A stretch of DNA of 63,381 nucleotides, the filler included, from Thermodesulfobacteriota bacterium (lineage in GTDB: Bacteria; DASVDK01), in the NCBI GenBank assembly GCA_036381125.1. It is 7 parts of 7 records of this genome, joined end to end, with 100 filler letters (N's around TTAATTAATTAA, not from the genome) between each part and the next. Parts side by side here need not be neighbours in the genome. Positions count along the whole stretch, not along the records: positions 1 to 8,409 come from DASVDK010000122.1; positions 8,510 to 12,111 come from DASVDK010000123.1; 5 more parts are not named here. One strand, given 5' to 3'. Of this stretch, positions 1-9,048 are shown in pieces. Position 1 is the stretch's first letter. The number at the start of each line of letters is the position of its first letter. The position numbers were made by a program, and so were the translations under genes. The notes beneath the pieces were generated by a model. That model had not been told where the DNA came from and made no database searches. It saw only the letters and a program-made list of their open reading frames with translations.

Positions 1-385
1 CGCGGATGTCCGAGGCGGTCGCGTTGGCGACGACGAGGTCGGCCAGGTGCGGCTCGAGGGTGAGGCGGGCGTCCATGACCTCGGCCGGGCTCGCGTCCGG
101 CCCGAGCATCGGCCGGGCTCCGTCCCGGTCCCGCGTCGCGCCGGACGCCACGAACGTGCCGCGGCCGACGTGCCGCACGATGCGCCCCTCGATCTCGAGC
201 ACCAGGAGGGCCCGGCGGACGGTGCTGCGCGAGGTGGCGAAGCGAGCGGCGAGGTCGCGCTCGGTCGGCAGGCGTTGCCCCGGCGCGAGCCGGCCCTCGG
301 CCAGGCCGGACAGAATGAAGTCTCGCACCCGCTCGTCGGAGGAACGGGAAATCGTCGTCGGCGAGTGGGCGGGGCGGGCGCTCAC
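1..385 (-). CDS. GntR (FadR-subfamily) transcriptional regulator, 3'-truncated by window edge
   Basis: Not in the ORF track because it has no stop. Manual translation from GTG at 385 gives ...[61 protein letters not shown]...[11 protein letters not shown], a GntR wHTH plus the start of an FCD domain. Divergent from the downstream operon. Confidence 0.9.
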   Translation of the reverse strand, partial: MSARPAHSPTTISRSSDERVRDFILSGLAEGRLAPGQRLPTERDLAARFATSRSTVRRALLVLEIEGRIVRHVGRGTFVASGATRDRDGARPMLGPDASPAEVMDARLTLEPHLADLVVANATASDIR

Positions 386-391
386 GGCCCC

Positions 392-407
392 AATTGGGTA
401 ACCAATT
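392..407. promoter_or_regulatory. Putative FadR/GntR-family operator (AATTGG-GTAA-CCAATT)
   Basis: AT-rich inverted repeat in the divergent intergenic region, resembling PdhR/LldR-type AATTGG..CCAATT sites. Confidence 0.6.
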
Positions 408-492
408 CTCGCCTCGCTGTCAAACCGCGTGCGGCTTGCGCGGTTGGCCCTCGCCTGTCAGACTTGCCTCCAGATCGACACGCCAGGCGAAC

Positions 493-504
493 TTGGGCGA
501 CCAA
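493..504. promoter_or_regulatory. Second putative operator (TTGG-GCGA-CCAA)
   Basis: Same TTGG-N4-CCAA core as the first site, 99 bp downstream and just before the permease RBS. Confidence 0.45.
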
Positions 505-522
505 TCGGCCACGGAGAGCCCG

Positions 523-2253
523 ATGGACCGAACCCTGGAGATGGCCGCGCCGCCGCCGGTCGGCTGGCGCGCCCGCCTTCGTCCCGAGCACGTCGTGATG
601 GGCGCCGCCATGGCGGCGCTGGTGGTCCTCGTTCTCCTGCCGCTCCTCTCGCTCGTCTGGGGCAGCGTCCGCGGCGACGACGGCTTCACGCTGGACTTCT
701 TCCGGCGGGCCTTCACGAACCGCCTCTACTACCAGTCGCTCAGGAACTCCCTCGTCCTCGGCGTCTGGACGGCCGTCGTCAGCGTACTGGTAGGGCTGCC
801 GATGGCCTGGGCGGTGAGCCGGTCGAACGTCCCGGCCAAGGGCTTCATCCGGTTCACGGCGTACATCTCCTACCTCACGCCGCCGTTCCTCACCGCCATC
901 GCCTTCGTGAACCTCGGCAGCCCCAACGCCGGCATCCTCAACACGTTCATCCGCCAGGTGCTCGGCCTGCCCGAGCTCACGTTCAACATCTTCAGCATGT
1001 GGGGCCTCGTCCTCGTGACGGTCCTGCACACGTTTCCCTACGTCTACCTGCTCGCCTCCTCGGCGCTCGAATCGGTCGACGCGTCGCTCGAGGAGTCGGC
1101 CCGCATGCTCGGAGCCGGCACGTTTCGCACCGCGCTGACGATCACGGCCCCGCTCGTGGCGCCGTCGGTGCTGGCCGGCGCCCTGCTGGCGTTCGTGAAC
1201 GCGATCGCCCTCTTCGGGTCGCAGGCCATCCTGGGCCTGCCGGGGCGCATCTACACGCTGCCCACCCGGATCTACTCGCTCTTCGACTACCCGCCGCAGT
1301 ACGGCCTCGCGTCGGCGCTGTCGCTGATCTTCGTCGCGGTCACGGTCCTCGCCCTCTGGCTGCAGCGCAGCTACCTCTCGAAGCGGTCCTACGTGACGGT
1401 GGCCGGCAAGGGGGTGAGGCCGCAGCTCGTCCAGCTCGGCGCCTCCCGGTGGGCGGTCTTCGCCTTCTGCGCCGCGGTCTTCGTCGTGGCGATCGTCCTC
1501 CCCTACTCCACGCTGCTGGCCGTCTCCGTCAGCAAGTCCTGGGGGCTCGCGTTCTGGCAGAACCTCACGCTCGAGCACTACCGGTGGGTCCTCGTCGACT
1601 ACGACCCGACGCGCCGGGCCATCCTGAACAGCCTGGGGCTCGCGGCGGCCGCCGCCACGATCGTCGTCCTGATCGGCGCCGTCATCAGCTGGATCGACCT
1701 GCGCACCGCCACGCCGGGCCGAAGGCTCCTCGACTACCTCTCGCTCGTGCCGCTCGGGCTGCCGGGCGTCGTCATGGCGGTCGCCCTCATCCAGTTCTGG
1801 CTCAAGGCGGCGCCGGCGCTCTACGGGACCCTCGCGATCATCCTCCTCGCGTACGCGGGCCGGTTCGTCCCGCTCGGCGTGCGGGCCGCGTCGGCGTCGC
1901 TCAGGCAGATCGACCAGTCGCTCGAGGAGGGGGCTCGCATCTCCGGCGCCTCGTGGATGCGGACCATGCGGAGCGTCACGCTGCCGCTCATGCGGTCCGG
2001 CCTCTTCGCCGGATGGCTCCTGGTCTTCGTCCCGGCCATCCAGGAGCTGTCGGCCTCGATCCTCCTCTTCACGTCGAGCACCATGACCCTCGCGGTGGCG
2101 GTCTACAACCTCTACGAGAACGGCTACCTCGAGCCGGTCGCGGCGCTCGCCGTCGTCAACATGTTCATCATCGGGGCGGCCATGTGGCTCGCGCAGCGGA
2201 TCGGCCGCCGCGCCGGCGGCGCCGCCCCCCAGAGCCGCGGGGTCACCCAGTAA
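523..2253 (+). CDS. ABC transporter permease, FbpB-like (two fused TM modules)
   Basis: Two EAA loops (SLEESARMLGA, SLEEGARISGA) and many TM helices; ATG 523 after GGAGA. Confidence 0.9.
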   Translation: MDRTLEMAAPPPVGWRARLRPEHVVMGAAMAALVVLVLLPLLSLVWGSVRGDDGFTLDFFRRAFTNRLYYQSLRNSLVLGVWTAVVSVLVGLPMAWAVSRSNVPAKGFIRFTAYISYLTPPFLTAIAFVNLGSPNAGILNTFIRQVLGLPELTFNIFSMWGLVLVTVLHTFPYVYLLASSALESVDASLEESARMLGAGTFRTALTITAPLVAPSVLAGALLAFVNAIALFGSQAILGLPGRIYTLPTRIYSLFDYPPQYGLASALSLIFVAVTVLALWLQRSYLSKRSYVTVAGKGVRPQLVQLGASRWAVFAFCAAVFVVAIVLPYSTLLAVSVSKSWGLAFWQNLTLEHYRWVLVDYDPTRRAILNSLGLAAAAATIVVLIGAVISWIDLRTATPGRRLLDYLSLVPLGLPGVVMAVALIQFWLKAAPALYGTLAIILLAYAGRFVPLGVRAASASLRQIDQSLEEGARISGASWMRTMRSVTLPLMRSGLFAGWLLVFVPAIQELSASILLFTSSTMTLAVAVYNLYENGYLEPVAALAVVNMFIIGAAMWLAQRIGRRAGGAAPQSRGVTQ

Positions 2254-3332
2254 TGGCGAGCATCACGATCCGTGGCCTCTCCAAGCGGTACGCCGGCGCC
2301 GGCGTGGCCGCGGTCAGGCGCCTCGACCTCGACGTCGCGGCGGGCGAGTTCGTCACGCTGCTCGGCCCCTCGGGCTGCGGCAAGACGACCACCCTCAGGC
2401 TCATCGCCGGCTTCATCACGCCGGACGACGGCGAGATCCGCGTCGGCGGCGCCATGGTCTCCTCGGGATCGGGCTGCGTCCCGCCCGAGCGGCGCGGCAT
2501 GGGGATGGTCTTCCAGAACTACGCGGTCTGGCCGCACAAGACGGTCTTCGAGAACGTCGCCTTCGGCCTCCAGGTCCGCAAGGTGCCGCGGCCCGAGCGG
2601 GCGCGCCGGGTGGCCCAGGTCCTCGAGCTGGTCGGCCTCACCGGCCTCGAGGGCCGCTATCCGGGCCAGCTCTCCGGCGGCCAGCAGCAGCGCGTGGCGC
2701 TCGCGCGCAGCCTCGTCGTGGAGCCGCAGATCCTCCTCCTCGACGAGCCGCTCTCGAACCTCGACGCCAAGCTCCGCGAGCGGATGCGCTGGGAGCTGAA
2801 GGCGCTCCAGCGGCGGACCGGCATCACGTTCGTCTACGTCACGCACGACCAGTCCGAGGCGATGGCCCTCTCCGACCGCATCGCGGTGATGCACGAGGGC
2901 ACGCTCGAGCAGTACGACACGCCGCGCGAGGTCTACGCCCGGCCGGCGACCCGCACGGTCGCCGACTTCATGGGCCTGGTGAACTTCCTGCCGGGTCGCG
3001 TGCGCGAGCGGCGCGGCGACGCGGGGGTGGTGCTCGTGGGCGGGGCGCATCCCCTCGAGCTCCCGCTGCCGCCGCCGGTGCGCGCCGGTCAGGAGGTGCA
3101 GCTCGCCGTGCGGCCGGAGAACGTGCGCATCGCCGGGAGGGCCGGCGTCGCGCCGGACGCGATCCCGGCAACGGTGGCCGAACTCGCCTACCTCGGCAAT
3201 CTCAACGACTACCAGGTGGCGCTCGCCGACGGCACGCGGCTGCGCGTCCAGTCGCACCCCCGGGAGCGGTTCGAGCCTGGGGAGGCGGTCGGCCTCACCG
3301 TGGACACCGCGAGCGTTTCCGTCTTCGTCTAG
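2253..3332 (+). CDS. ABC transporter ATP-binding protein (FbpC/PotA-like, C-terminal TOBE)
   Basis: GPSGCGKT, LSGGQQQRV, LLLDEP, YVTHD; TAATG overlap with the permease. Confidence 0.93.
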   Translation: MASITIRGLSKRYAGAGVAAVRRLDLDVAAGEFVTLLGPSGCGKTTTLRLIAGFITPDDGEIRVGGAMVSSGSGCVPPERRGMGMVFQNYAVWPHKTVFENVAFGLQVRKVPRPERARRVAQVLELVGLTGLEGRYPGQLSGGQQQRVALARSLVVEPQILLLDEPLSNLDAKLRERMRWELKALQRRTGITFVYVTHDQSEAMALSDRIAVMHEGTLEQYDTPREVYARPATRTVADFMGLVNFLPGRVRERRGDAGVVLVGGAHPLELPLPPPVRAGQEVQLAVRPENVRIAGRAGVAPDAIPATVAELAYLGNLNDYQVALADGTRLRVQSHPRERFEPGEAVGLTVDTASVSVFV

Positions 3333-3344
3333 GGAGGGACCGCC

Positions 3345-4334
3345 ATGCACATCGTGCTGCCCGACGACTGGGGCCGGTTCGCGGAGCGGTTCGGGGTCCT
3401 GCCCGCGCTCGAGCGGCTCGGCACGGTCACCGTGTACGACCGGGCGCCGAAGGACCGCGACGAGCTGGTGGCCAGGCTCGCGCCGGCCGACGTCGTCGTG
3501 ACCATCCGCGCGCGGACGGAGTTCGACGCCGCGCTCCTCGCCGCGCTGCCGAAGCTCGGGCTCATCGCGGTGACGGGCACCGGCTACGGCCACGTGGACG
3601 TGAAGGCCGCGACCGAGCGGGGCGTCCTCGTCTGCAACAGCCCGGGCCGCTCGTCGCAGTCGGTGGCCGAGCTGAGCATCGCCCTCCTCCTGGCGGCCAT
3701 GCGCCACGTCGCGCGCGCCGACCAGGCGGTCCGCCGCGGCGACTGGGCCGACCCGTGGGGGACGCTCCAGGGCCACGACCTGGCGGGGCACACCCTCGGC
3801 ATCCTCGGCCTGGGCAACATCGGGCCGATCGTGGCCCGCATCGCGCGCGCCTTCGACATGCGGCTCCTCGCCTACAGCCAGAACATGACGCCCGAGAAGG
3901 CGGCGGCCTCGGGCGCGACCCTCGTGCCGCTCGACCGCCTCCTCGCCGAGTCCGACGCGGTCACCGTCCACCTGCGCCTCTCGCCGCGGACGAAGGGCCT
4001 CCTCGGCGCCCGCGAGATCGGCCTCATGAAGCCGGGCGCGGTGCTGGTCAACACCTCGCGGGGCGAGATCGTCGACGAGGCCGCCATGGTGGAGGCGCTC
4101 CGGGCGGGCCGCCTCTCGGCCGGCCTCGACGTGTTCGACCAGGAGCCGCTGCCGGCCGGCCACCCGCTCCTCGACCTGCCCAACGTCGTGCTCGCGCCCC
4201 ACATCGGCTCGGTGACGGAGGAGACCTCGCGCCGCTGGGTCGAGGGAGCGGTGGAGAACGCCGAGGCGTTCGCCGCCGGCCGTCCCACCAACGTCGTCAA
4301 CCCGGCGGCGCTGAAGTCCCCGCGGACCGCATGA
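3345..4334 (+). CDS. D-isomer-specific 2-hydroxyacid dehydrogenase
   Basis: GLGNIG Rossmann motif; catalytic R/E/H in NTSRG, DVFDQEP and PHIG. Confidence 0.9.
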   Translation: MHIVLPDDWGRFAERFGVLPALERLGTVTVYDRAPKDRDELVARLAPADVVVTIRARTEFDAALLAALPKLGLIAVTGTGYGHVDVKAATERGVLVCNSPGRSSQSVAELSIALLLAAMRHVARADQAVRRGDWADPWGTLQGHDLAGHTLGILGLGNIGPIVARIARAFDMRLLAYSQNMTPEKAAASGATLVPLDRLLAESDAVTVHLRLSPRTKGLLGAREIGLMKPGAVLVNTSRGEIVDEAAMVEALRAGRLSAGLDVFDQEPLPAGHPLLDLPNVVLAPHIGSVTEETSRRWVEGAVENAEAFAAGRPTNVVNPAALKSPRTA

Positions 4335-5260
4335 CCGCGTCGGCCCCGGCCGTCTCGCTCGCGCCGGTCACGGGCGAGGAGCACTGGACCCACAAGGGCG
4401 AGGTCCGCCTCGCCCTCTGGCGCAAGTACGCCGGCTCGCCGGCCGGCAAGCCGCCGCTCCTGTTCGTCCACGGCTCCTCGATGGCCTCCCGGCCCGCCTT
4501 CGACCTCGAGCTCGAGGGGCGGCCGGCGTCGTCGGTCATGAACGTGTTCGCGCGGCTCGGCTACGACACCTGGTGCGTCGACATGGAGGGCTACGGCCGC
4601 TCCGACAAGCACCGGCCGATCAACGCCGACATCGCCACCGGCGCCGACGACCTCGAGGCGGCGAGCGCGTACGTCCTCGCCGAAACCGGCGCGGATCGCC
4701 TGCTCCTCTACGGCGGGTCGTCCGGCGCCCTGCGGGCCGCGCTCTTCACCGAGCGCCATCCGGAGCGGGTCGAGCGCCTCGCCCTCCTCGCGCTCGTCTG
4801 GACCGGCGAAGGGAGCCCCACGCTCGAGCAGCGCCGCAAGAAGCTCCCCGAGTACCTCGCCAGGACCCGGCGTCCCATCGACCGCGCCTTCCTGCGGACG
4901 ATCTTCGAGCGCGATCACCCGGGCACCGCGGATGATCGGGTCATCGAGGCCTTCGCCGACGCGGTGCTGGCCTACGACGACTCCGTGCCGACCGGCACGT
5001 ACGTGGACATGTGCACCAACCTGCCGCTCGTCGATCCGGCCCGCATCCCGGTGCCGACGCTCGTGCTCCGCGGCCAGTGGGACGGCATCGCGAGCTTCGA
5101 GGACGTGGTCGCCTTCTTCGCGCGACTGCCGAACCCGGACAAACACCTCGCCGTCGTCCCGGGGGTCGCCCACGCGAGCCTGCACGAGCGCAACGGGGCC
5201 ATCGTCCACCACCTCCTCCACGCGTTCTTCGACCGGCCCACGCCGGTCCATCGGGGGTAA
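4331..5260 (+). CDS. Alpha/beta hydrolase (paralog 1)
   Basis: FVHGS oxyanion motif, DMEGYGRS, G-G-S-S-G nucleophile elbow, GQWD, AH; ATGA overlap. Confidence 0.85.
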   Translation: MTASAPAVSLAPVTGEEHWTHKGEVRLALWRKYAGSPAGKPPLLFVHGSSMASRPAFDLELEGRPASSVMNVFARLGYDTWCVDMEGYGRSDKHRPINADIATGADDLEAASAYVLAETGADRLLLYGGSSGALRAALFTERHPERVERLALLALVWTGEGSPTLEQRRKKLPEYLARTRRPIDRAFLRTIFERDHPGTADDRVIEAFADAVLAYDDSVPTGTYVDMCTNLPLVDPARIPVPTLVLRGQWDGIASFEDVVAFFARLPNPDKHLAVVPGVAHASLHERNGAIVHHLLHAFFDRPTPVHRG

Positions 5261-5262
5261 CC

Positions 5263-6207
5263 ATGACCACTCACGCCCGCGCCTTCCCCGCCCCGAGCGG
5301 CACGCCAGTCACCGGTCAGGAGCACTGGACGAAGAAGGGGGACGTCCGCCTCTTCCTCTGGAACAAGCACGTCGGCTCGCCCGACGGTCGCCTGGGGCGG
5401 ATCCTCTTCGTCCACGGCTCGTCGATGGGCTCGCAGCCGACCTTCGACCTGAAGGTCCCCGGGCGCGACGACTCCTCGGCGATGGACGTGTTCGCGCGGC
5501 TCGGCTACGACACCTGGTGCGTCGACATGGAGGGCTACGGCCGCTCCGACAAGCACCGGCCGATCAACGCCGACATCGCCACCGGCGCCGACGACCTCGA
5601 GGCCGCCACGGACTACATCTTCTCGATCCGAGGCAACGCCCCGCTGCTCGTCTACGGGATCTCGTCGGGCGCGCTCCGCGCGGCCCTCTTCGCGCAGCGC
5701 CATCCGGAGCGGGTCAAGCGCCTCGCGCTCGACGCCTTCGTCTGGACCGGCGAGGGGAGCCCCACGCTCGAGCAGCGCCGCAAGAAGCTGCCCGAGTACC
5801 GGTCGAAGCACCGGCGGCCGATCGACCGGGAGTTCGTGCGCAGCATCTTCACGCGCGACCACCCCGGGACCGCGGACGACGTGGTGATCGAGGCCTTCGC
5901 CGACGCCATCCTCGCCCTCGACGATTCGGTGCCGACCGGCACGTACGTCGACATGTGCGCGAACCTGCCCGTGGTGGACCCCGAGAAGATCCTGGTGCCC
6001 ACGATCATCATGCGGGGCCAGTACGACGGCATCGCCGGCTTCGACGACCTCGTCCGGTTCTTCACGAAGCTGCCGAACCCCGACAAGCAGTTCGCCGTCA
6101 TGCCCGGCATCGCGCACGCGAGCTTCCACCAGAAGAACTACGCCATCGTCTACCACATCCTCCACGGCTTCTTCTCGCAACCCGACCCGATCTATCGCGG
6201 GCACTAG
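5263..6207 (+). CDS. Alpha/beta hydrolase (paralog 2)
   Basis: FVHGS, DMEGYGRS, G-I-S-S-G, GQYD, AH; close paralog of the upstream gene. Confidence 0.87.
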   Translation: MTTHARAFPAPSGTPVTGQEHWTKKGDVRLFLWNKHVGSPDGRLGRILFVHGSSMGSQPTFDLKVPGRDDSSAMDVFARLGYDTWCVDMEGYGRSDKHRPINADIATGADDLEAATDYIFSIRGNAPLLVYGISSGALRAALFAQRHPERVKRLALDAFVWTGEGSPTLEQRRKKLPEYRSKHRRPIDREFVRSIFTRDHPGTADDVVIEAFADAILALDDSVPTGTYVDMCANLPVVDPEKILVPTIIMRGQYDGIAGFDDLVRFFTKLPNPDKQFAVMPGIAHASFHQKNYAIVYHILHGFFSQPDPIYRGH

Positions 6208-6219
6208 CGGAGGGCAGCC

Positions 6220-7131
6220 ATGAGACTCGTCACCTACAGCCGGCCGGGCGAGCGCGCCGCGCGCGTCGGCCTCCTCGAGGGCGGGGCGTCGGTGATCGAC
6301 CTCGCCGACGCCGCGAGTCGCGCGGGCCGGGCCCTCCCCTTCGACCCGGGCGACATGCTGTCGGTCGTGGCGGCCGGCGCGGAGGGGCTCGAGGCGATCC
6401 GCAAGGCTGCGGCCTCGGGCACGCGCGTCCCGCTCGATTCGGTCCGCCTCCGCGCCCCCATCCCGAAGCCGCGGGGCAACGTCTTCTGCGTCGGGTGGAA
6501 CTACGTGGACCACTTCAACGAGGGCGCGAAGCTCCGCCAGGGCGATCAGCCGCTGCCGGAGCACCCGGCCTTCTTCTCGAAGTCGGTGACCAGCGTGACC
6601 GGCCCGTACGACCCGATCCCCTACGACCCGAACGTGTCGGCGCAGATCGACTGGGAGGTCGAGCTGGTGATCGTGGTGGGGCCGGGCGGCAAGAACATCC
6701 CCGAGTCGCGCGCCGCCCGGCACGTCTTCGGCTACACCGCGATGAACGACCTGTCCGCGCGTGACCTCCAGCGTCGCCACGGCGGGCAGTGGTTCAAGGG
6801 CAAGAGCCTCGACGGGCACTGCCCCATGGGCCCCTGCATCGTGACGGCCGACGAGGTCGACGCGGGCAACCTCAGGGTCACCACGCGGGTCAACGGGGTG
6901 ACCAAGCAGGACTCCAACACCCGGCACTTCTACTTCACGATCCCGCGCATCCTCGCGGAGCTGTCGCTCGGCATGACGCTCGAGCCGGGCGACCTCGTCT
7001 CGACCGGGACCCCGGCCGGCGTCGGTTACGGGCGCACGCCGCAGGAGTTCCTGAAGCCCGGCGACCTCCTCGAGACCGAGATCGAGGGGATCGGGGTCCT
7101 CAGGAACCGGATCGGCGGGCAAGACACCTGA
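6220..7131 (+). CDS. Fumarylacetoacetate hydrolase family protein
   Basis: CVGWNYVDH, DWEVEL, NDLSARD, KGKS, STGTPAGVG. Confidence 0.92.
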   Translation: MRLVTYSRPGERAARVGLLEGGASVIDLADAASRAGRALPFDPGDMLSVVAAGAEGLEAIRKAAASGTRVPLDSVRLRAPIPKPRGNVFCVGWNYVDHFNEGAKLRQGDQPLPEHPAFFSKSVTSVTGPYDPIPYDPNVSAQIDWEVELVIVVGPGGKNIPESRAARHVFGYTAMNDLSARDLQRRHGGQWFKGKSLDGHCPMGPCIVTADEVDAGNLRVTTRVNGVTKQDSNTRHFYFTIPRILAELSLGMTLEPGDLVSTGTPAGVGYGRTPQEFLKPGDLLETEIEGIGVLRNRIGGQDT

Positions 7132-7169
7132 CGTCGCCGACGGCTCATACCTCGCACAAGGAGGGTTCC

Positions 7170-8201
7170 ATGCTCTCGCGTCGCGCCTGGCTCCTCGTCC
7201 TCGCGACCACTCTGCTGTTCGCCGCCCCCTCGGCCGGCGGCGCCGCGTCCTTCACGCCCGACGCGGTCGACATGGCGGCCGCCAAGAAGGAAGGGACGGT
7301 GAGCTGGTACACCTCGACGCCCATCGAGGCGGCCCAGCGGATCGCCAAGCTCTTCGAGGAGCAGACCGGCATCAGGGTCGAGCTCTTCCGATCGGGCGGC
7401 ACCGCCGTGCTCCGCCGCTTCAACCAGGAGCTGAGCGCCGGCCGGATCGCGGCGGACGTCGTCACCGCGTCCGACCCCGCCGAGGCCGAGGCGCTCGCGC
7501 GCCGGGGCGTCCTGGTCGCCTTCCGGCCGAAGAACTTCGACAAGGTCTTCGACTACGCCAAGCATCCCGAGGGCTACTACATCGCGCAGCGGATGAACCT
7601 GCTCGGCATCATCGTCCGCGAGGACAAGGTCAGCCCTGCCGACATGCCGAAGAACTGGACCGACCTCACCGACCCCAGGTACAGGGGCAAGATGGTGATG
7701 CCCGATCCGTCCTTCACGGCGCTGCAGCTCATGGCCGTGGGGACGCTCTCGCGCAAGTACGGCTGGGAGTTCTACCAGAAGCTCAAGGCCAACGACATCA
7801 TGATCGTCCAGGGCCACCAGCAGGTCTCCGACACGCTCAAGCGCGGCGAGCGGGTGATCGCCGCCGAGGGGTCCGACTCGTACGCCTACGACGACCGGAA
7901 GGAGGGGCACAAGATGAAGACGGTCCTCCCCTCGGACGGCGCCTTCGCCATTCCCTCGCCGACGGCCGTCGTGAAGGGCTCGCCGCACCCCAACGCGGCC
8001 AAGGCGTTCGCGGAGTTCATGATCGGCGACGGGGCGCAGGGGATCCTCGTCGAATGGGGGAACTACTCCTCCCGCGCCGACGTGAAGCCGCCCGTGGGAT
8101 ACGAGCCGCTGACGACCGTCAAGGTGCTGGAGGTCGACTACGACTACCTGGAGAAGGAGTCGGCCAACATCAAGCAGAAGTTCAACGAGATCTATCAGTA
8201 A
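7170..8201 (+). CDS. ABC transporter substrate-binding protein (Fe3+/polyamine-like class)
   Basis: Signal peptide, AAKKEGTVSWYTS, PKNWTDL, HPNAAKAFAEF; strong RBS AAGGAGG. Confidence 0.88.
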   Translation: MLSRRAWLLVLATTLLFAAPSAGGAASFTPDAVDMAAAKKEGTVSWYTSTPIEAAQRIAKLFEEQTGIRVELFRSGGTAVLRRFNQELSAGRIAADVVTASDPAEAEALARRGVLVAFRPKNFDKVFDYAKHPEGYYIAQRMNLLGIIVREDKVSPADMPKNWTDLTDPRYRGKMVMPDPSFTALQLMAVGTLSRKYGWEFYQKLKANDIMIVQGHQQVSDTLKRGERVIAAEGSDSYAYDDRKEGHKMKTVLPSDGAFAIPSPTAVVKGSPHPNAAKAFAEFMIGDGAQGILVEWGNYSSRADVKPPVGYEPLTTVKVLEVDYDYLEKESANIKQKFNEIYQ

Positions 8202-8205
8202 TGTC

Positions 8206-8274
8206 CTGGGGTCAGGTCTTGAGTTTTTCCGCGCCGTCCGAGGACACCGGGAAAAAGTAAAGACCTGACCCCAG
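8206..8274. repeat. Long palindrome (REP-like element or bidirectional terminator) between convergent genes
   Basis: CTGGGGTCAGGTCTT (8206-8220) pairs with AAGACCTGACCCCAG (8260-8274); inner TTTTTCC/GGAAAAA stem. Confidence 0.7.
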
Positions 8275-8277
8275 TCC

Positions 8278-8409
8278 CTATTCCTTCTTCCCCTCCAGCG
8301 CCTCCCGGACGTCGTTGAGGCCGGCGACGATGGCCTCGCCCGCCAGGCGCATGCCGCGCATGAAGCCCTCGAGGTTCGCCCGGAACGCGTCGAACTCGAT
8401 CCCCTCCCG
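8278..8409 (-). CDS. C-terminal fragment of an unidentified protein
   Basis: Open frame REGIEFDAFRANLEGFMRGMRLAGEAIVAGLNDVREALEGKKE* with host-like codon bias, cut by the contig end. Confidence 0.55.
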   Translation of the reverse strand, partial: REGIEFDAFRANLEGFMRGMRLAGEAIVAGLNDVREALEGKKE

Positions 8410-8509
8410 NNNNNNNNNNNNNNNNNNNNNNNNNNNNNNNNNNNNNNNNNNNNTTAATTAATTAANNNNNNNNNNNNNNNNNNNNNNNNNNNNNNNNNNN
8501 NNNNNNNNN
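8410..8509. other. Artificial contig linker
   Basis: 100-nt N-run containing TTAATTAATTAA (stops in all frames). Confidence 0.98.
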
Positions 8510-9025
8510 ACGTTCCGGCCGCTCGAGACGGCCGACATCGTCGCCATCCTCGAGCGCGAGGGGCTGCCCGCCGGCCCGGACGGCCGCTTCGACGCCGCGG
8601 CGGCGCGCTCGGCCGCGGCCCTCGCCGACGGCAGCGCCGCCCGCGCGCTGGCGCTGGCCGCCGAGGGCGGCCTGGCCGGCCGCCGGGAGTGGATCGAGCG
8701 GATCGGGCGGCTCTCGCGGCGCCGGGTCGAGGAGGTGTTCGAGGCGGCCGAGGCGCTCGCCGGCGACAAGGAGCGGCTGCCGGCGGTGCTCGAGAGCCTG
8801 CGGGGCTGGCTCCGCGACCTGGTGGTGACGGCGGCGGCGCCGGGTGCCGTGCCGCTCGTCAACGGCGACCTCGCCGAGTCGGCCCGCCGCGAGGCGGCCG
8901 GCCGGACGATCGAGGAACTGACGGCGGGACTCGAGGCCGTGGACGCCGCGGAGGCGGCGCTCCGCCGCAACGCCAACCGGACGCTCGTCGTCGAGCGGCT
9001 GCTCCTCCGCCTCGCGCGGCCCTGA
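8510..9025 (+). CDS. holB: DNA polymerase III delta' subunit, C-terminal part
   Basis: FRPL..., ADGSAARAL, WLRDLVV, NANRTLVVERLLL; upstream of metG-tatD. Confidence 0.8.
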   Translation, partial: TFRPLETADIVAILEREGLPAGPDGRFDAAAARSAAALADGSAARALALAAEGGLAGRREWIERIGRLSRRRVEEVFEAAEALAGDKERLPAVLESLRGWLRDLVVTAAAPGAVPLVNGDLAESARREAAGRTIEELTAGLEAVDAAEAALRRNANRTLVVERLLLRLARP

Positions 9026-9048
9026 GACTCACTCTGGAGAACACGTCC

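Noticed and set aside
429-3332. 967-aa ORF suggesting a long N-terminal extension on the ABC ATPase
   Set aside because: The upstream part is an alternative frame of the permease; the real start is ATG 2253 (TAATG coupling). The same artefact affects ORFs at 3755, 5011, 6789, 8689, 12895 and 35975
8454-8465. TTAATTAATTAA repeated six times in the window
   Set aside because: Always centred in a 100-nt N-run; an assembly linker with stops in all frames, not biology
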